Assembly: GCA_965219995.1 (NCBI GenBank)
Contig: CBDCOX010000002.1
Location: 896,001-960,000 of the forward strand
Direction: 5' to 3'
DNA: 64,000 nt
DNA from: Candidatus Latescibacterota bacterium
GTDB taxonomy: Bacteria; Latescibacterota; UBA2968; GCA-2709665
A model generated the notes under the pieces. It ran no database searches. It saw only the letters and a program-made list of their open reading frames with translations, and had not been told where the DNA came from. Below, one piece after another: positions 30,301 through 38,803 of this stretch (positions within the stretch are counted from its first letter, which is position 1; each line of letters begins with the position of its first letter). Both the position numbers and the translations under genes were made by a program.

Positions 30301-32096
30301 CCATCCTGATGACAACGGCCACGACGCTTCTGGGCGTTCTTCCACTGGCGCTCGAATACGGCGGCGATTTTGAGATCTGGCCACCTTTCGCAATTACCGT
30401 TCTGGGCGGGCTTTCGGTATCCATGGTCTCCACGCTGATCCTGATTCCGGTGGTATACATGGGGCTGGATCAGATCCGCGCCTGGCTTGCCGACATGGGG
30501 GTTATTGCCGTCACGCTGTCGCTGCTGGCGACTGCCGCGGCCGGCTACGGAGTTTACGTCAGGTATGAAAGCGTTTTCTGGGCTACTCTGTCGATTTTAC
30601 CCATCTGGTGTGCATTTCTTACGGCGGTATGGATCGTCCTGAGGGTACATCGCGCTCGAGTCGCAGCCCGGCGCGCATCCGGCGCCGTTCATTCCATTCA
30701 GCTGAGAAATCTTACCAAGGTTTACGGCGCGCCGGGGCGCTTTGTACGGGAGTGGGCACGCAATGAGCGCCGGCGAGGGCGGTTGATGGAAACCGGGCCG
30801 GGTCCACATGACCGCAAGGCGGTTCGTGACGCGCTCATCTGGAAGCTGCCATTGCTCGCGCTGTTATCGGTCTTCACGACCTATTTCGAGGACGAAATCT
30901 GGATCTATCTACACGGGCTGGCGCTGGCATTCATGCTTTGGCACGTGGGTCGATGCGTCGGAGAACTGAGGGAAACGCAATTTCCGGCGCCGATCGCCCG
31001 CATTGGCAATCTGCTGCTCAAAACCGTGCTGCCATTGACGTTTGTCGCTTATGTGCACTGGCGGCTGAACCTGCTCTCGGTCACGCTTGCCTCGTTCGGG
31101 CTATGGGCGGCCTATCGGCTGGTGCGGCGGCTCGCCGACAGGGTGCGTTCGGGGGAGATCAATCCCGACGGACTGTCCGGACGTTTCGCGCGGCCGCGCC
31201 GGTGGTGCTATCGGTTGGCCTCGGCCATGCCGATCGTCGGCGTTCCCCGGCCGGAATTTCGGGCGCTGGCGGGCGTCAATCTGGAAATCGGCAGGGGGAT
31301 GTTCGGACTTCTGGGTCCCAATGGCGCCGGAAAGACCACACTGATGCGCATTCTCTGCCGGGTACTCGAACCCAGCTACGGCTCCATTCTGATCGACGGT
31401 CGAAACATCCTGAATCGGGAGTCGATTCACGGTCTGATTGGCTACCTGCCGCAGCACTTCGGCAACTACGGACACCTTTCCGCATACGAGTATCTGGAGT
31501 ACCGGGCGCTTCTGGAGGGCTACAAGGACCGGAAAACCCGCGACGCCCGGGTGATCGAATCTCTGGAACAGGTCAATCTGATCGAACGGAAAGACGATCC
31601 CGTCGGCTCCTTTTCAGGCGGAATGAAGCAGCGCCTCGGCATCGCTCAGACCCTCCTGCACACCCCGCGGATCGTGGTGGTGGACGAGCCCACGGCGGGG
31701 CTCGATCCCCTGGAGCGCATCCGGTTCCGAAACCTGCTTGCCAGGTTGAGCCAGGATCGCATTGTCATTTTCTCCACGCACATCGTGGAAGATATCTCCG
31801 GTAGCTGCAATCGCCTGGCAGTGCTGGACCAGGGGTGTCTTCTGTATACGGGAACGCCGGTGGAAATGAGGAATCTGGCGAAAGGACGGGTGTGGGACGC
31901 GGTGGTTTCGGAGGGGCGCTTTTCCGGGATGGAGGACGAACTGAGGCTCATATCACATCAGCGAACCCCCGCTGGAGTCCGGATGCGGTTCCTCTCGGAA
32001 CACGCACCGGTCGGTATCGGCGCGGAAAGCGTGGACCCAACCCTGGAAGACGCGTACCTGTACCTGCTTGGCGGAGGGGAGGGACAACCGTGCTGA
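27384..32096 (+). CDS. RND efflux permease fused to a C-terminal ABC ATPase domain
   Basis: Full RND ([35 protein letters not shown]), extra TM helices, then an intact NBD ([26 protein letters not shown], STH) in one 1570-aa ORF; GTGA overlap with the upstream RND gene. Confidence 0.92.
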   Translation: [1570 protein letters not shown]

Positions 32097-32812
32097 ACTG
32101 GCGGGAATTGCTGCTGACCACGTGGCGGCTCTATCGGCTGAGCTGCAGGATCATATTCCACAGGAAGCTGATGTTCATGGGCATCGGCCTTCTCGTCTAT
32201 TACACCGCCATGTACGCATTCGCGGTGTGGCGCCCCGACGAGGGGTTCGGCGTGTCGCAGGCGCTCAACGTTCTGGTTGAAATCCCCGGTATTGCGCTTG
32301 CCATTTATCTGACGATGGACCTCGTTGCGGGCGAACGGGACCGGAATACACTTGAAACCCTTTTCAGCACAACCTCTACGCACTACAAGATCTGGACGAT
32401 CCGGATGGTGGGGGTGTATCTGGTTCTGGCGGCGACCCTGATGGGGATGACGGTGGTCGCCTATTTCGTCTTCGCCGAACTTCCAATCTTCCGGGGCGGG
32501 TTGAATGCCTTTCTGCCGGCCTGTCTTGCCGCCGGGCTCACGTTTTACTTCTCCGTTCTCTGCCGAAGCGGCAACGCGGCCGCGATGCTCGCGACCGGGG
32601 CGATGGTCCTTGCTCTGGTCGTTTCGAAGTCCATGCCCGATTCTCCCTTCGTGCTCTTTCTGGATACGTTCGATCCACCGGTGGGCATGGAAGACACGCT
32701 CTGGGGCGACCGTGTCCTGCTGAATCGTCTGGCCGTCGTGCTGCTGTCGGGCTTCCTGCTGTTTATCGGCCTGCGCAGGATGGAAGCACGAGAGCGGCTT
32801 GTGTCTTCGTAG
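32090..32812 (+). CDS. ABC-2 type permease
   Basis: About 6 TM segments, GERDRNTLETLFST coupling-helix-like motif; GTG start overlaps the upstream stop. Confidence 0.75.
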   Translation: MLNWRELLLTTWRLYRLSCRIIFHRKLMFMGIGLLVYYTAMYAFAVWRPDEGFGVSQALNVLVEIPGIALAIYLTMDLVAGERDRNTLETLFSTTSTHYKIWTIRMVGVYLVLAATLMGMTVVAYFVFAELPIFRGGLNAFLPACLAAGLTFYFSVLCRSGNAAAMLATGAMVLALVVSKSMPDSPFVLFLDTFDPPVGMEDTLWGDRVLLNRLAVVLLSGFLLFIGLRRMEARERLVSS

Positions 32813-32859
32813 GGTTGGGTCTCCTGGTTCACAAACGAGGGGGCCGCCGGGCGCCCATC

Positions 32860-34002
32860 CTATTCCTTTCTTACGTCGAGCCGGACTTTGCGGGGTTGCA
32901 CGTTCACAACCGCAAGATCCGTCCCGTGCCTGATCGACTCCATGCCCAACTCGAACGTCCTGCGCCCGAACCTGACGTAGCCGGCGTCGATCGTAAGCCG
33001 AAAGGCGTCCTGCGACGCCAGCAGAAGCGCGCGTCGGGGACCCTTCACGGTGACGTCCACGACGGCTGGTCTGACGCCCTCCAGCGCATAACCGCCCGGT
33101 AGATTCTCCACGCCGACCGCCACTTCATACGTCGCTTCCTGGACCGAGGCACCGGGCACCAGAAACATCCAGGCGCCGAGCGCCAGCGCGAAGGAGAGCA
33201 CGCCTTCCGAGAGATGCCTCGCCAGCCGGCCACGGCCGGTCTTCGGCGCACTGCCGACCGCGTGCTGCGCGTGCTCCTGCAACCAGGACAGCAGTTCGTC
33301 CGGGTTGTTTACGATTTCCAGGCGACCCTGACGCGCGACGGCGATGGTGCCGCGCTCCTCGGAAACGACCAGGCAGAGGGCGTCGCTTCGTTCGGTCAGC
33401 CCGAGCGCAGCGGCGTGACGGGTCCCTCCCGGCCCGAGTTCGCTTCGGTTTTCCGACAGCGGGAGATGGACGGCAAAGCGCTCCAGCCGGTCTTCCCTCA
33501 TCACCAGCGCCCCGTCGTGACCGGCCGAAGTCGTGCCGAACAGGCTGTCGATGAGCTCCTCGCTGATGGTGGCCTGTAGCACGATCCCGCCTTGCAGGAG
33601 ACGGTCGAGCGGTTCCCGTCCGGGCAGGACCACCAGGGCGCCCCGCCGGTTCGACGCCAGGCGATGCATCGCGCGAACCAGTACCGCCAGACTCCCACCG
33701 CGGGGCCGCGACACCCTTCTTCCGAGGCCCACCGCCGCAATCTGCTCGAAGAGCCTCCGCAGGTCGTCCTGGAAGACAACGACCAGCAGCACGACGAGAA
33801 CGGCGAAAAATCCCTGGAATATCCACGCCGTCAGCTGCAGCTCAAATTGGAGAGCCAGGAGATAGAAAGCCCCCAGAAACGCCAGCCCGACCAGCGCCAT
33901 GCGGGCGTGCATTCTCCGGGTCCAGGCCAACAGCCCCCAGAACAGCACGCCTACGACCGCGATGTCCACGAAATCTGAAAATGTGACCTCGAGCAGCGTC
34001 AT
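32860..34002 (-). CDS. cdaA: Diadenylate cyclase CdaA-type (3 TM + DAC domain) fused to a YbbR/CdaR-like domain
   Basis: DFVDIAVV, VVVFQDDLRR, GAL, HDGA, LPLS, GTRHAAALGLTE.SDA...VSEERG; then a TM segment and VDVTVKGPR (YbbR-like). Confidence 0.85.
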   Translation of the reverse strand: MTLLEVTFSDFVDIAVVGVLFWGLLAWTRRMHARMALVGLAFLGAFYLLALQFELQLTAWIFQGFFAVLVVLLVVVFQDDLRRLFEQIAAVGLGRRVSRPRGGSLAVLVRAMHRLASNRRGALVVLPGREPLDRLLQGGIVLQATISEELIDSLFGTTSAGHDGALVMREDRLERFAVHLPLSENRSELGPGGTRHAAALGLTERSDALCLVVSEERGTIAVARQGRLEIVNNPDELLSWLQEHAQHAVGSAPKTGRGRLARHLSEGVLSFALALGAWMFLVPGASVQEATYEVAVGVENLPGGYALEGVRPAVVDVTVKGPRRALLLASQDAFRLTIDAGYVRFGRRTFELGMESIRHGTDLAVVNVQPRKVRLDVRKE

Positions 34003-34333
34003 TTTGAAGGTTTTCCGCCTGCCGGATTCGGTCGATTGAATTCGAGAACGCAGCCGACGGCGTGTGAATACCCGCCAGCCCGAAATATGGGCAATCTTTC
34101 TCATTTCGTCAAGACCGCCCCTTCCGTTTGCTTCATGGCCGATCGGCATCTGCCGGATTCCGCAGCCGAAGAATCGTGGTCCGGGTGGTGCATGATTGCT
34201 CGTTGTATGCATCCGTGGTTCTCGTCTTTCGTTTGGTCGGTCCGGGGAAAATACCTATATTTGGAGACGTTCAGGGACAACCGGAAAGGGTCAACACGAA
34301 ATTTCACGCGGTATTCGGACGGAGGCAAGCGAC

Positions 34334-35014
34334 ATGCAGGGTACTCGGGGGCGAATGACCAGACGGGAACTCAGGCAGGACGAATTTGTCAACAGGATGC
34401 TGGCCGCATGGGCCTATGTGGAAGAGAACTATGTCCGCGTACTCGCCGCCGGCGGGGGGCTGGTGATCCTCATCCTGCTCGGCATTTTCGTAATGAACCG
34501 GATGGACGCCCAGGCAGGAGAGGCGGTGGAGGCCGAGGGGCAGATCCGGATCCTGTTGCTCCAGGGACGGGTCGACGATGCCATCCTGGAAGCCGAACGC
34601 GTCGCGGAAACCTACAGCGGCCACGCGGCAGCCGGTCGGGCGCTGCATCTGGCCGGGGGCCTCTATTTCGAAACCGGGAGGCACTCGGAGGCGCAGGCCG
34701 CATTTGAAAGATACCTCCAGGAGTTCGACGCGACCGGGCCCACGGGATACAGCGCCTGGGCCGGTGTGGCCGCCGCGTTGGAAGAACAGGACGATTCCGC
34801 GGGCGCGGCGGCAAGATACCTGGCGTTCGCCGATGAGTTCGAAGACTCTCCGTTCGCGCCCAATGCGCTCAAGGAAGCGGCCCGATGCTATCGGATATCG
34901 GGCGATACCGGTCAGGCCAGCATTCTCCTGCAGCGCATTCTCGACCGGTATTCCAGGAGCCCCGTTGTCCGAAGCGCGGAGGAGGAGCTCAAGCAGATGG
35001 GTGGTATCGGATGA
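34334..35014 (+). CDS. Membrane-anchored tetratricopeptide repeat protein (YfgM-like)
   Basis: MTRRELRQDEF, single TM segment, TPR-like helices; GGAGG RBS. Confidence 0.8.
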   Translation: MQGTRGRMTRRELRQDEFVNRMLAAWAYVEENYVRVLAAGGGLVILILLGIFVMNRMDAQAGEAVEAEGQIRILLLQGRVDDAILEAERVAETYSGHAAAGRALHLAGGLYFETGRHSEAQAAFERYLQEFDATGPTGYSAWAGVAAALEEQDDSAGAAARYLAFADEFEDSPFAPNALKEAARCYRISGDTGQASILLQRILDRYSRSPVVRSAEEELKQMGGIG

Positions 35015-38000
35015 CCGGACCGGAATTAAGCCTGACCCGTACGCGCGAATTTCACCCGACCGACCTGGCCGACGAGGTCCTGCTGGTGGTACCGGACGCC
35101 ATGCAGCGACATGCGGCCGTCGCCCGCGTTGTGGAAGCGGTGGGGGAGGCGGGACGACCGCCCGAGACGATTTCTCAGAGCCGCTTTCGGCAGGCGCTGT
35201 TCCGGGAAAAACACGTGATTGCCTTCGGAAATCTGGCAAATAACCGGGCGATTCAGCGTCTCTATACCGCCCGGTGTTGTTTTGTGGATACCTTTTTCCC
35301 CGGCGCGAACGGCTATCTGGTCAAGTCGATCTCGGATCCGTTCGGATACGCCCGGAATTGCATTGTCGCGGGCGCCAGCACGGACGTAGGGCTGGAGGCC
35401 GCTCTGAACGCCTTCACGGACATCGTCGCCGCCAGCAACGGCCGGTTGAAGCGCGTCCACGCCGCGTCTTTCTGCCACGATCTTCCACATTTGCCGGATG
35501 ACTCCGAAGTGGAACGCATGGTCCGGGACGATTTGAAGATCTGGGGGACGGGGTGGTCGGCTTCGCCGTTCCGCGGCGGCGGGCTGTTGTCCTATCTCTG
35601 GCAGCACTATCTGACGGATCAGCCGGGATGGGCGAGAGCGGCGGCGGAAATCCTGAAGGGTTCGATCGAACCGTGGCGCGCGGAGTGCCGTGCGCACCCG
35701 GAGGCCTACCATTGTTTCTTCAACCTGCACCTCTACATCCATCTGTGGGACCTGGTGGAAGACAACCCGCTTTTTTCCCCCGATGACCGGCTGGGGGCCG
35801 TCACGATGTTCGGCGAGCTGTTGAGACATCTCATGACGCTCTCCTACGTCTCCGAGGAAGTGAATCCTCCGGGTGAGATCCGGCAGAACCACACGACGTT
35901 CATCGGATTGAACCTGGCGGTGGGCGGCGACTACATGACAAGGCGGCACGGTGTTCGGGAGTTTCGACGGGCGAATGAAATCGCAAGGCGCATATTCGAA
36001 GGTCAGATGGATAGCTATAAGCCGGATGACGATGGGGGAGTGGGGTACGTCTGGCACGTGCCCCAGGAAACGCTGAGCTATTTTCTGTACCGCGGCGACG
36101 ACCGTTACATCACCGGGGGCCACGTGGCCGACCTGTGCAAGCTGGCGGTCGTGACAACCGACAATATGCGCAGCGAGTGCGGCTACGGCGATACGTCGGG
36201 GTATTCTCAATTTTCCGCAAGCGGATGGGACGCACGCCTCTGGCCGCTGATGGTCTCTACCTGGCATCAACCGGATTCCGCGCATCTCTGGACGTTGAAC
36301 TGGCTCGGAGAGGGGAAACGGCCTCCGCCGGACCGGGCGCTGCACGGTCTCTTCTCGGCCGTGGACTACGTGGACGGCGGATTCGCCATGGAGGCCTGTG
36401 AGCCGGAAGTACCCCGCGAACTGCTCGGCATCTGCGTGATGGAGTTGCCGGATCCAGTGCTCGACTGGGTACGACGGTACTCGCCGCAGGCACATCATCC
36501 GCGTCCGGATAGTAGGTATTTCGACAAATTGTCCCTGCGGCGCAATTTCGAGCCCGGGGGCGAGTACCTGCTGCTGGAAGGACTCGGAACGACATGCCAC
36601 GGACACGAAGATACCAATGCGATCGTCCGGCTGACGTGGAACGACAGGGCGTGGCTGGCAGACGGGGATTACATCCGGGCGGCGCCCGCGTTTCACAATT
36701 CCGTCGTGGTCATGCGAGACGGCGAGGGGGTTCTCGAGTCGCCCGGAGACGGCGTGGTGATCCCGCCCCTGGCGTCGTTGAGCATCTGTAACGACGGCGC
36801 GGAACTGGCGATGCTCCGCTCCGAAGCCGCGGGTTACAACGGTGTGGACTGGCAGCGGGAGATATTCTGGCGCAAGGGTCGATATATGGTCGTCATGGAC
36901 CGGCTTCGCTGTCGCGAACCGGGAGACTATCATCTACAATGTCTCTGGCGAATGGTGGGGGATCCGGTCCGGGAGGCGGACGGCGTGCGCATCGGCCAGG
37001 CGGGGGAGAAACTTCATATTCGCAACGCGGACGGCTCCGCGCAGGAAATCGTGCCGGACCCGCACGTCAAAAGCCGATGGGGAAGCTATCCGCATTCGGA
37101 CGGAACCATTTCCGTGCTGCACCAGCGAACGGCGTGCAGGCTGGAAGCCGGCAGGTCGTTTGCCTTCATGAATCTGCTCACCCCGGATCCCCGGATTCGA
37201 TTGGAACGGATCGGCCCCGGCGCGGTCAGGGTAACGGACGGGGACGAAATCACATTGTTGGGTGAGGGATCACTGGAACATGACGATCTCGAACTTTCGG
37301 GAAGCCTGTTCGCGTGCCTTGCCAGGGGCAATCGGGTGTTATTGCAGGGCGTCGAACGCCTGGACGGACGGGAGGTCGAACCATCGGAACAGGTTCTGGA
37401 CCAACCCGGACTTGCGGCGGCGGTCCGGTCCGTACGGGCAGTCCCGGCGGTGAAGCCCGCGGCGAGTCGTCCGTCGGTTTCGGGCGGGTTGGCGCGGCAA
37501 TGGCGCCGGGCGTTCCCGGACGATATTCGGGATATCTCCGTCTCGGATGACGGCGAATTGCTGCTGGCGAGCGGCGGTGACGTCGTGCGGCTGAACGCGG
37601 AAACGGGGGAATCGGTCTGGTCCCGGCAGATTGACGCGGAAGGCGGCGCCAGCCGGGTACTTGGATCGGATATCGACGGAGACGGAAGACCGGAAGTGCT
37701 GCTGGGGACTGAAGACTCACAACTGGTTGTACTGGAAGGGGATACCGGTGACGAACGCTGGCGGCGCGGGCTGGTGAATATGTGGAATCGCGGCACGAGG
37801 GTTTCTGCTGTTGCCGTAGTCGATCTGGAGGGAAATGGCGACCTGAGCGTACTTGCCGGCACCGAAGGATGGTTTGTGAACGCGTTCTCGGCCGAAGGCG
37901 CGCCAGAATGGGCCGAGTGGTTTCGATATCACGCGATCACCGCGCTGCAGGCCGCGGACACGGATGGAGACGGAAAAGCCGAGATTCTGGTCGGTACCGA

Positions 38001-38553
38001 ATACTATACGCCGCTTACCGTGCACAATTTCGACGGGTCGTTCCGCTGGTCCACGTTCGAGCAGGTCGGATCGCACGGGAACGCGACGACCCCCAGACGC
38101 GGCATCTGTCTGAAACAAATGGTGCTGTGCGACCTGGACGCCGACGGCGTTCTGGAAGTCGTTTACGGAACCGAAGACGGCTGGATCTACGCCGTCAAAC
38201 CTCAGGACGGCGCCGAACTCTGGCATATCAATCTCGTGGGGGAAATTACGGGGCTCGTCGTTCTGGATGGTGTTCTGATCGCGGCGTGCGAGTTCGGCGC
38301 GCTGTATGGAATCGATTTCGCCGGCAATCTGACGTGGCGCCGCCACGAAGCGCAATGGATCCATGCGATCGCGGAATCCCGCGGCACGATCGCCGTTGCC
38401 GCCGACCGGCGGGAAATCCGGACGATCGACAGCGAGGGGCGCTGCCAGGGTCTGATTGAAATGCCCGCGAACGTCACGTCGCTCACCGCACTGGACGGCA
38501 GTTTCGTTTGTGTCTACGGGCAGGGAATTGCCAGGCTGGATCTTGTTTCGTGA
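35011..38553 (+). CDS. Large heparinase II/III-like protein with C-terminal FG-GAP/PQQ-like beta-propeller
   Basis: QNH, HGHEDTNAI...WLADGDY...HNSVVV (HepII/III-like); repeated DxDGDG..E motifs; ATGA overlap with the TPR gene. Confidence 0.65.
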   Translation: MTGPELSLTRTREFHPTDLADEVLLVVPDAMQRHAAVARVVEAVGEAGRPPETISQSRFRQALFREKHVIAFGNLANNRAIQRLYTARCCFVDTFFPGANGYLVKSISDPFGYARNCIVAGASTDVGLEAALNAFTDIVAASNGRLKRVHAASFCHDLPHLPDDSEVERMVRDDLKIWGTGWSASPFRGGGLLSYLWQHYLTDQPGWARAAAEILKGSIEPWRAECRAHPEAYHCFFNLHLYIHLWDLVEDNPLFSPDDRLGAVTMFGELLRHLMTLSYVSEEVNPPGEIRQNHTTFIGLNLAVGGDYMTRRHGVREFRRANEIARRIFEGQMDSYKPDDDGGVGYVWHVPQETLSYFLYRGDDRYITGGHVADLCKLAVVTTDNMRSECGYGDTSGYSQFSASGWDARLWPLMVSTWHQPDSAHLWTLNWLGEGKRPPPDRALHGLFSAVDYVDGGFAMEACEPEVPRELLGICVMELPDPVLDWVRRYSPQAHHPRPDSRYFDKLSLRRNFEPGGEYLLLEGLGTTCHGHEDTNAIVRLTWNDRAWLADGDYIRAAPAFHNSVVVMRDGEGVLESPGDGVVIPPLASLSICNDGAELAMLRSEAAGYNGVDWQREIFWRKGRYMVVMDRLRCREPGDYHLQCLWRMVGDPVREADGVRIGQAGEKLHIRNADGSAQEIVPDPHVKSRWGSYPHSDGTISVLHQRTACRLEAGRSFAFMNLLTPDPRIRLERIGPGAVRVTDGDEITLLGEGSLEHDDLELSGSLFACLARGNRVLLQGVERLDGREVEPSEQVLDQPGLAAAVRSVRAVPAVKPAASRPSVSGGLARQWRRAFPDDIRDISVSDDGELLLASGGDVVRLNAETGESVWSRQIDAEGGASRVLGSDIDGDGRPEVLLGTEDSQLVVLEGDTGDERWRRGLVNMWNRGTRVSAVAVVDLEGNGDLSVLAGTEGWFVNAFSAEGAPEWAEWFRYHAITALQAADTDGDGKAEILVGTEYYTPLTVHNFDGSFRWSTFEQVGSHGNATTPRRGICLKQMVLCDLDADGVLEVVYGTEDGWIYAVKPQDGAELWHINLVGEITGLVVLDGVLIAACEFGALYGIDFAGNLTWRRHEAQWIHAIAESRGTIAVAADRREIRTIDSEGRCQGLIEMPANVTSLTALDGSFVCVYGQGIARLDLVS

Positions 38554-38605
38554 AAAAAACAGCATGTGGCAGTCACGGGATGGAGTTCCACGAAACCCCG
38601 CACAA

Positions 38606-38633
38606 AACCGGTATAATATATATTATGTAAACT
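38606..38633 (+). other. dif: dif-like XerC/XerD chromosome dimer resolution site
   Basis: AACCGGTATAA-TATATA-TTATGTAAACT; spacer and right arm match the B. subtilis dif as recalled (ACTTCCTAGAA-TATATA-TTATGTAAACT); intergenic, close to the gene-orientation switch. Confidence 0.85.
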
Positions 38634-38803
38634 TACGGCAGCTTCAGGTGGGCCGTTTACCGGAATCTGTTGACTTCCGCCAGGGAGGTTTTGTTTCTTT
38701 CACGCGTTTCGTCGTTTCCGATGTTCGTTTTCTCGTGCTTTGTCTCGCTTTCTGGTCTTTATCCTGTTCATCCTGTCTATCCATGTGAGTTTTGTTTTGT
38801 GAA

